From NCBI GenBank assembly GCA_964554435.1, contig CAZKOO010000004.1:2116-66115 (forward strand): DNA of 64,000 bases, given 5' to 3'. The position numbers and the translations under genes are program-made. The notes under the pieces were generated by a model. The model did no database searches, was not told where the DNA came from, and saw only the letters and a list, made by a program, of their open reading frames with translations. Each line of letters opens with the position of its first letter. Position 1 is the stretch's first letter. This document shows, piece by piece, positions 24,290 to 30,930 of the stretch. This stretch comes from an uncultured Candidatus Peribacteria bacterium. Lineage in GTDB: Bacteria; Patescibacteriota; Gracilibacteria; Peribacterales; Peribacteraceae.

Positions 24290-26752
24290 CTAGTTTTGAT
24301 ACTGTGTTCCGTTCACTTGTGTTTCTGGATATTCCACCCAAAGGAATGATGTTTCGCTAGCATTATCTTTATCGAACCACTTAAGATGACTTTCCATAGC
24401 AGATGTTCCAAAGGCAGATGTCATACTATTCTCGAAATTATTCACGCTTACCTGAAGAATAGATGGAAGACTATTTAGTACTTTTGAATTCACAATCGTT
24501 GCTTCAAGAACAAACGTTGCATCGCTTCCTGATTCGATGAATGAATTGATAGAAGAATCCTTCAAGTTTGCACATGTTACTGTTGTTGCTGAACTGAGAG
24601 TGCATCCTGAAGTAACTGTGGGATCGGCTTTGTTGTAGAGCTTGAATGAAGAAGAATCGATAGAAACGTTCTGTGCATTGAGCGTAAAGATGATGCCATC
24701 GAGAACAAACTTGTTCGAGCCATTTTTTGTGTTGTTATGTGCTGCAGTTGCAAACTTAAATTGACCAATAGCCTTCTTCACGCCAGTTGGAATAGCAGTT
24801 CCATTTGCGTTTGGATCGACGCTTGTGATGGACACAATCTTCGAAAGAACAACTGTCTGTGTTCGACTTGTTATTGTGGATCCTGTAGGTGCAGAAAGAG
24901 TGTTAAATGATGTCATGCCACGAGCCTGAGTGAGTGCTGGGTTGAGTGACACTGCAAATTGATGACCAGACACTGCGCCATCCACATCGTAGCGCATGCG
25001 TGCACGAACAATCATTTGTACATCACTACCTTTTTCGATAGTGAATTCCTGATTATTCATCTTCGCACACATAGAATATGAAGGAACACTATCAGATCCG
25101 CAACCAACCAAAGTAGCAACTGCAAATGGAGTTGTTGCACCAACTTTGTAAAGCTCAAGGCGATCAACATCTGTTGTAAAGCTTGATGCATTTGTTCCTG
25201 TGGCAGAGAAGACGAGTGTTGTAACATCGATATCTTCAAATTCTGCATGCGTCGTCAAACGAAGAATGTCATCCGATAGAGTCCCTCCAAGGAGCTGGTG
25301 ACTCTTCATTGGAGTTGTTGCCTTTGTCACGTAGAGGTCACCTTGTGAACGGAGTATGTAAAGAGTGGATGGCACGGTTAAGAGCTGAATTTGATTGCCA
25401 AAAAGAGAAGATCCGTCGGAAGCATTTTCGGCTGCAAGAACAAAAGATGAACTTGTCTTGAATGCAAGTTGCAATTGTGGCTGAGACACATTGAAAGATG
25501 CTGAGATGTCAGCATGGACTTCAAAAATGACAGCTTGATTTTTTGGAATGATATATCCCCCACCAATGATATTGTCAAAACTGACCTCGCCAGCTTGTGC
25601 TGATTTTCCACTTTGCAGAATGGTATCGACAGTTGTATCGTTATTAGTATCGACCCAAAGTGTATAATTTTGCGCATTGATGAGTGTATTTTGTGCACTT
25701 GTTGTAGGGCCATTATTGGTCAAATTTTCTGCGGTAAATGTTGTTCCTGTAAAGAGAAGATCAGCGACTTCATTGGCACGAGCTTCGAAGCGAAGAAGAT
25801 TGACGTTTTTCTGATTTTTTACAACAGTATCAGTCGACGACATCGCTTTTTGTGTAACGGTCAGTTGAGATGGTGTAACTGGACAAGTAATGCCATAGAA
25901 TGACTGCGCTTGGTTATTCATTGTTATTCCATCGGATATAAGACTACTCACCTGAGAAAGAAAAGTAACAGAATGTGGGGTGCAAGGAAGTGTTGTCTTA
26001 TAGGCAATAGGAAACTGCATGGTCTGTCCTACGGTCATAGTCGTTCCATTGCATTGAATAGATCCATTCACTTCTGAACAAAATGGGTATGACCGCTCTG
26101 GAATAAGAGCTAATCCTGAAGGGATAGCCTGTGTCATTTTTACCCCTTGCGCAACGGCTGGACCGTTATTTTTGACAGTCACTGTTGCAATGGTTACATC
26201 TTCACCAAGAATAGAGATAATATTCTGTGTTACTTGCAGATCAGCATTTGTTTGTGATGCACATTGAATAGCTGTATCTGGACGAGCTTTGTTGATGTCA
26301 TTTGTAGCATTGAGATCTGGAGTCAAACGAGAAGCAATTTGTACCTTTGGACTCACTGCAAATGGGCAAGATGTGAGTGTGTCTGGAACGCGGAAAGAAA
26401 TATCTTGGAACTTTGCCTTCCCTGCATCAACACGGAAATACTCACACACAAATGTCTGAGATGGCATGCTGAGGATACAGTTAGAGCCTGCTGCTGGCGC
26501 AACTGGAATGAGTGGCGCAACAGATGATGCCTTCACTGTCGTGTAGACACTATAGGAAGACGCTGTACTTGTTGCTTCATTGAACGCACGAATGCGGTAG
26601 GTCACAATAGATCCTGGAGCGTATGGGCCAGATGTCTGTTCTTTGATAGACACTGAAAGATCTGCAGGCGTTGCAGCGGAAACAGTTGTTGTGAGCCCAA
26701 GACCAAAAACAACAGAAAACACTGCAATCGTACGAACAAAGCGATGCATCAT
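24290..26752 (-). CDS. Secreted cell-surface protein with DUF11-like repeat domains
   Basis: 820 aa with a signal peptide (MMHRFVRTIAVFSVVFGLGLTTTVSA). DUF11-like blocks (ADLQVTQ...VTVKNNGPAVAQGVKMTQAIPSGL). Thr/Ser/Asn-rich beta-type composition. Confidence 0.65.
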   Translation of the reverse strand: MMHRFVRTIAVFSVVFGLGLTTTVSAATPADLSVSIKEQTSGPYAPGSIVTYRIRAFNEATSTASSYSVYTTVKASSVAPLIPVAPAAGSNCILSMPSQTFVCEYFRVDAGKAKFQDISFRVPDTLTSCPFAVSPKVQIASRLTPDLNATNDINKARPDTAIQCASQTNADLQVTQNIISILGEDVTIATVTVKNNGPAVAQGVKMTQAIPSGLALIPERSYPFCSEVNGSIQCNGTTMTVGQTMQFPIAYKTTLPCTPHSVTFLSQVSSLISDGITMNNQAQSFYGITCPVTPSQLTVTQKAMSSTDTVVKNQKNVNLLRFEARANEVADLLFTGTTFTAENLTNNGPTTSAQNTLINAQNYTLWVDTNNDTTVDTILQSGKSAQAGEVSFDNIIGGGYIIPKNQAVIFEVHADISASFNVSQPQLQLAFKTSSSFVLAAENASDGSSLFGNQIQLLTVPSTLYILRSQGDLYVTKATTPMKSHQLLGGTLSDDILRLTTHAEFEDIDVTTLVFSATGTNASSFTTDVDRLELYKVGATTPFAVATLVGCGSDSVPSYSMCAKMNNQEFTIEKGSDVQMIVRARMRYDVDGAVSGHQFAVSLNPALTQARGMTSFNTLSAPTGSTITSRTQTVVLSKIVSITSVDPNANGTAIPTGVKKAIGQFKFATAAHNNTKNGSNKFVLDGIIFTLNAQNVSIDSSSFKLYNKADPTVTSGCTLSSATTVTCANLKDSSINSFIESGSDATFVLEATIVNSKVLNSLPSILQVSVNNFENSMTSAFGTSAMESHLKWFDKDNASETSFLWVEYPETQVNGTQYQN

Positions 26753-27029
26753 ATGAGGGGGGTAAAAGATAGTGTGTGCAGTATATATATTTTTAGATAT
26801 TTGTCAAGTGTTGACACATCTCTTCATGAAGAAAATACTATGATTGTATGCGTTTTTATACTTCTGCTGAAAGAGGGCCTTGTCCACAACTCTCTCCATC
26901 TCTCTGTTGTGGTCCGAGCTTGAATGAAATTAAACGTTTAACAGCAGAAGGGAATGTAAAATATTTTCAATTCCTCATTGACTCCGCTTGGTCTCTTAAT
27001 CAGGGCAATCCAAAACTAGATAGAAGAGA

Positions 27030-27662
27030 TTAACCTGCTATCATCGCAAGAACCTTCGGGTACCACTCTTTTTCGAGTTCTTGCACCTTTTTCTGTAGTG
27101 TTTCCACTGTCTCATCTTCATCAATTGAACACTTTTTTTGTACAATAATTTCCCCTGTATCCACTCCTTCATCCATAAAATGGATGGTAACTCCAGATTC
27201 TTTTTCACCTGTCGCAAGCACTGCCTCATGCACATGGTGACCATACATCCCCTTTCCGCCAAATTTTGGAAGAAGTGCAGGGTGCACATTGATGATCTGT
27301 TTTGCCCATTTTTTGGTAAACCATGGAGAGAAGATCCACATCCAACCCATGCACGCGATAGAAAAGTTGATAGTTGATAGTTGATAGTTGATAGTTCCCC
27401 TCTCCTCGCGGGGAGAGGGGTTAGGGGTGAGGGCATGAATGGCACTATCAATTCTATGATCGTAGCTTTCACGATCTTCATCCTTCTGTTTTTCTACCAC
27501 GATGTAGGGCACATTGTGTGCTTTTGCTTTTTCAATACATCCACGATCGGCGCGATCGGTCACGAGACCAAGGCATGGATTGTTGAGTGTGCCGTTTTGA
27601 ATAGCATGTAGCGTTGCTTCGAATGTTGTACCGCGGGAAGAAGAGAGGACGATGAAGGACAT
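27030..27662 (-). CDS. purN: Phosphoribosylglycinamide formyltransferase
   Basis: 210 aa from MSFIVLSSSRGTTFEA, with INVHPALLPKFGG and GVTIHFMDEGVDTGEII motifs. Carries a repeat insertion. Confidence 0.85.
   Translation of the reverse strand: MSFIVLSSSRGTTFEATLHAIQNGTLNNPCLGLVTDRADRGCIEKAKAHNVPYIVVEKQKDEDRESYDHRIDSAIHALTPNPSPREERGTINYQLSTINFSIACMGWMWIFSPWFTKKWAKQIINVHPALLPKFGGKGMYGHHVHEAVLATGEKESGVTIHFMDEGVDTGEIIVQKKCSIDEDETVETLQKKVQELEKEWYPKVLAMIAG
27366..27434 (-). repeat. Composite element: 4x GTTGATA + GC hairpin + GGTTAGGGGTGAGGGC, inside purN
   Basis: Read in-frame as ALTPNPSPREERGTINYQLSTINFS. A sister copy lies at 28793-28858. Confidence 0.85.
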
Positions 27663-27682
27663 TGTAAGAGGATTCAGAGGAA

Positions 27683-27711
27683 GCAGAAGAGTCAAAGGAA
27701 TCAGAGGAAAC
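27683..27711. repeat. Left inverted repeat of the four-helix-bundle cassette
   Basis: GCAGAAGAGTCAAAGGAATCAGAGGAAAC matches the reverse complement of 28100-28128 at 27 of 29 positions. Confidence 0.75.
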
Positions 27712-28067
27712 TATGATAATGCAGCGCTTAATCGTGTCAAAAGAAAACTGATACGCTTGATTGCGTCATCATAATGCTCAAAATCAGAAATTTTTATATA
27801 GTCTAAATCGGTTGATAGTCGCAATTCACAATGTAATTCTTCAAGTGATGCATGCGCAATTTCTATAAACCGCATCTTTTCTTTTGCAGATTTTTTCGTA
27901 TTTCCTTCTGCGATATTAATGGGGGCACTATATGCCGATCTGCGCATTTGACTTACTAATCCAAACTTTTCTTCAGATGGAAAAGTACATGTTAATTTAT
28001 AAATACTTACACATAATTTGTATGCTTCCTGCCACACTATTAGTTTCTCATATGGTCGTTCATGCAT
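27711..28067 (-). CDS. Four-helix-bundle protein (23S rRNA IVS protein / Avd-like family)
   Basis: 118 aa with FPSEEKFGLVSQMRRSAYSAPINIAEG. Paralog of 1725-2084. Confidence 0.85.
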   Translation of the reverse strand: MHERPYEKLIVWQEAYKLCVSIYKLTCTFPSEEKFGLVSQMRRSAYSAPINIAEGNTKKSAKEKMRFIEIAHASLEELHCELRLSTDLDYIKISDFEHYDDAIKRISFLLTRLSAALS

Positions 28068-28099
28068 AATACTATTATATCATAGGTTCAGGTTCCTCT

Positions 28100-28128
28100 G
28101 TTTCTTCTGACTCCTTTGACTCTTCTGC
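28100..28128. repeat. Right inverted repeat of the four-helix-bundle cassette
   Basis: GTTTCTTCTGACTCCTTTGACTCTTCTGC. Ends 5 nt before the carA stop codon. Confidence 0.75.
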
Positions 28129-28132
28129 ATCT

Positions 28133-29278
28133 TTATAATTGCATCAAGAATTCATCAAACAAATATGCTGCATCTTCTGGCCCTGGTGTTGCTTCGGGGT
28201 GAAATTGAACCGAGAAAAATTTACCAGATTCGTGACGAATGCCTTCCACTGTTCCATCGTTCGCGTTTGTAAACCACACACTCCAACCCTGAGGTAATGT
28301 GGATGCATCCACAGCAAAGCCATGATTTTGCGATGTAATGATGCAACGATCGGTTGCCTTTCCATCTTTCCATTCAATGCATGGCTGATTCAATCCACGA
28401 TGACCATATTTGAGCTTGTACGTATCTCCACCAATCGCAAGCGAGAGAAGCTGATTGCCAAGACAGATGCCGAAGGTTGGAATGTTCTGTTCAATTGCCC
28501 ATTTAATCTGAGTAATTGTTTCGGTGCACTTTTTTGGATCTCCTGGCCCATTGCTGATGAAGAGACCATCGTACTGTAATGATGAATTCTTGAGATCATA
28601 GTTCCATGGAACACGATGCACACGAACGCCTCGAGAAAGCCACGAACGAAGAATGCCACGCTTAATACCACAGTCGTAGACAACCAGTGTTTTTGGCTCG
28701 AGTCCTTCTTCCTTCTTCTCTGGCTCGTAGGTCACAACATCGGTACATGACACCTCCGCAACGAGATTGAGATTGTTCGGATCTAGAAAAGAGTTGGTAG
28801 TTGGTAGTTGGTAGTTGGTAGTTCCCTCTTCCTCTGGGGAGAGGGTCGGGGTGAGGGCACACATTCTCCCCAGCATCACTCCATGTTCACGGAGTTTTTG
28901 CGTGAGAGCTCGAGTGTCGATGCCGGAAATGCCTGGAATGTTGTGATGAACCATCCACTCATGTAGAGAGCTGACGGCCTTATGATGACTAAACTCACGC
29001 ACTTCTGAACTCACGATAATACCACGGACTTGAACAGCCTCACTCTCAAAATTTTTACTAAACCCATACTCATTCTTCTCTTCGCTAGGAACGCCATAGT
29101 TCCCAACAAGAGGATAGGTAAACACGAGTATCTGTCCACGAAAACTTGGATCGGTCATGGAGTCGGGGTACCCAACCATGCCCGTTGAAAACACTACTTC
29201 GCCATCTGTATCAATAGGCGCACCAAAAGACTCACCTTCGAATACTGTTCCGTCGGAAAGAAGAAGAGAAGCTGACAT
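28133..29278 (-). CDS. carA: Carbamoyl-phosphate synthase small (glutaminase) subunit
   Basis: 381 aa with a CPSase small N-domain and a GATase triad context (ICLGNQLL, HGFAV, FSVQFHPEA). Carries a repeat insertion in the interdomain linker. Confidence 0.9.
   Translation of the reverse strand: MSASLLLSDGTVFEGESFGAPIDTDGEVVFSTGMVGYPDSMTDPSFRGQILVFTYPLVGNYGVPSEEKNEYGFSKNFESEAVQVRGIIVSSEVREFSHHKAVSSLHEWMVHHNIPGISGIDTRALTQKLREHGVMLGRMCALTPTLSPEEEGTTNYQLPTTNSFLDPNNLNLVAEVSCTDVVTYEPEKKEEGLEPKTLVVYDCGIKRGILRSWLSRGVRVHRVPWNYDLKNSSLQYDGLFISNGPGDPKKCTETITQIKWAIEQNIPTFGICLGNQLLSLAIGGDTYKLKYGHRGLNQPCIEWKDGKATDRCIITSQNHGFAVDASTLPQGWSVWFTNANDGTVEGIRHESGKFFSVQFHPEATPGPEDAAYLFDEFLMQL
28793..28858 (-). repeat. 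Composite element: 4x GTTGGTA + GC hairpin + GGTCGGGGTGAGGGC, inside carA
   Basis: Read in-frame as ALTPTLSPEEEGTTNYQLPTTNS. Same architecture, orientation and frame as the purN copy. Confidence 0.85.
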
Positions 29279-29326
29279 TAGGTGCAGTGTAGCAAGGAGA
29301 AGGATGATTGGCTAGGGTGTTTTATA

Positions 29327-30069
29327 GAAGCAGGATTCTTTCCTGCGGTCCTTTTTATAAAAAAGATACTTCATATCTTCATTTCTAATGGAGTCACATC
29401 CCATTTTCATGATGCAGAAGACCAAGGATAATCAGATTGACAAAAAGCAATGCCAGCTTTCACAGGATTGGCATGAATGTATGAAAGCACATTGTGTGCA
29501 TCATCTGGAAAAAGAAGGTGAAATCGTGATTGCCAAATTGGTCCTCGATCGATTGCAAATGCAGTTCCCCTTTTGAAGGTATACAATATTTTTGAGATTG
29601 ATCCATTGTCTGGAACACTAACTAAAAGATGTACATGATCTGGCATTATTGCAAATCCATAGAGAAAAAATGGAAAAATTTGCTGAGTACGATAGAGTGC
29701 AAGGACTGCTTCATTTGCATAAGCTGGCACTGAAAAAATAGTCTCTCTGTTTTGGGTATTTGTTATAATAAACATGATGGCACTATGCTGGATAGGATGT
29801 CTTTGAAAAGCCATATGTGTCATTGTAGAACAACCGCGCGAAGGAATCGCGCTCCTGTTTGTGTAAAACTTTGATGATCTCTCAATTTTTTGCTATCTAT
29901 AATCATTTTTTTAGTTCTGTGATGAAAAAGAACAGCTTAAAAAGAAGAAATAGTGTATAAAAGAAGATGCAAGACCACGCGAAAGAATCGCGCTCCTATT
30001 GTAATAAATTGAGATAAACGGTGGCAGGCTTATCATAAAAAACGGGAGCAGGATTCTTTCCTGCGGTCC
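29327..30069 (-). mobile_element. REPtron: RAYT gene bracketed by REP hairpins
   Basis: REPs lie at 29327-29352 (+), 29833-29856 (rc), 29974-29997 (rc) and 30044-30069 (+). The consensus is GGAGC(AGG/GCG)-ATTCYTT-(CCT/CGC)GCGG. Confidence 0.75.
29407..29823 (-). CDS. REP-associated tyrosine transposase (IS200/Y1 HUH family)
   Basis: 138 aa with HUH motif MPDHVHLLV and a catalytic Tyr context SYIHANPVKAGI. Confidence 0.8.
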   Translation of the reverse strand: MTHMAFQRHPIQHSAIMFIITNTQNRETIFSVPAYANEAVLALYRTQQIFPFFLYGFAIMPDHVHLLVSVPDNGSISKILYTFKRGTAFAIDRGPIWQSRFHLLFPDDAHNVLSYIHANPVKAGIAFCQSDYPWSSAS

Positions 30070-30099
30070 TCTTGTAAAAAATCCCCCCCCCACCATCTC

Positions 30100-30128
30100 T
30101 TGACACTTTTGTCAAATTAGCGTATAGT
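30100..30128 (+). promoter_or_regulatory. Sigma70-like promoter TTGACA-17-TATAGT
   Basis: TTGACACTTTTGTCAAATTAGCGTATAGT. The -35 element is part of the palindrome TTGACActttTGTCAA. About a 90-nt leader with two hairpins precedes the ATG at 30226. Confidence 0.55.
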
Positions 30129-30225
30129 ATTAGTAGCTCCTTCACATAGAACAGATGTTGGCGTGTCGCCCTTCTGTTCAAAACGTTTCCGTTTTGTTTC
30201 TCGTTTCCCAGAAAGGAAACACACG

Positions 30226-30846
30226 ATGTCTGCCGAATCAACACCCTCAAAGACAGAGCCAGCAGAGTCCGGAACCGCCCCAGTGGCGGTTACAAACCCA
30301 GGACGACTCATCGTCGTCCTCCTCCTCCTCGCCGCCCTCATCGGCGGCATCTGGTGGCTTGCCACTAGCCGCGGTAGTGGTGGCGACAAGGAAGTCGCCA
30401 CAACTCCTGCTTCCAAACACGTCAAGCCCGCCTTCCTCGTCTCAGCCGAAGCGGCTGGGGCAAAGACTTCCTTCAACCAGGAAACTGGGGATTGGTCCAT
30501 GGAATGGGACCCTGCAAAGGGTCCTGGATTCAAAGAAGAAAACGCTTGCTACACCGATGATGGATCATCGCTTCCAACTGTGATTACGAGTACATGGTGC
30601 TCGCTTTCACTTGTCGGCAATGGCCAAAACGCAAATTACTGGGTAGGGAAACCCAAAAAATGCGAGAAAGAGAAAGTCCTCGACCTCACAGACGATGAAG
30701 AGAAAGCGTGGGTCAATAAGATCTTGAAGGATGGCAAAGGGCGTGATGACGCCCTCGCGATCTTCAAAAAAGCGGCTTCACGCCGCTCACGTGAATTCTT
30801 TTTCCCATCGGCCGGTGGCCCAACAGGGCCACGAAGCGGAAACTAA
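30226..30846 (+). CDS. Hypothetical membrane-anchored protein (GC-rich island)
   Basis: 206 aa from ATG 30226 (an AAGGAA lies upstream), with one TM (LIVVLLLLAALIGGIWWLA). Visibly higher GC than the surroundings. Confidence 0.5.
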   Translation: MSAESTPSKTEPAESGTAPVAVTNPGRLIVVLLLLAALIGGIWWLATSRGSGGDKEVATTPASKHVKPAFLVSAEAAGAKTSFNQETGDWSMEWDPAKGPGFKEENACYTDDGSSLPTVITSTWCSLSLVGNGQNANYWVGKPKKCEKEKVLDLTDDEEKAWVNKILKDGKGRDDALAIFKKAASRRSREFFFPSAGGPTGPRSGN

Positions 30847-30930
30847 GACTTTGCAACGAGACATGTTTTCGTTGCACAATACCCCCCAATCTACTTTTCA
30901 TGAAGGAGTTGTAGAGCGGGGGGATTTTTT

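Noticed and set aside
26848-27033. 61-aa ORF downstream of purN.
   Set aside because: There is no RBS or homology signal, and it lies in a hairpin-containing intergenic region (26885-26913).
27711-28067. Avd-like four-helix-bundle genes as part of a diversity-generating retroelement.
   Set aside because: No reverse transcriptase ORF and no template/variable repeat pair with adenine-specific mismatches are visible near either copy in this window.
29911-30583. ORFs overlapping the REP cluster and antisense to the GC-rich gene (29911-30096, 29996-30250, 30117-30533, 30155-30583).
   Set aside because: They are generated by the repeats and the high GC content. The chosen frame (30226-30846) has an RBS, a TM segment and a promoter.
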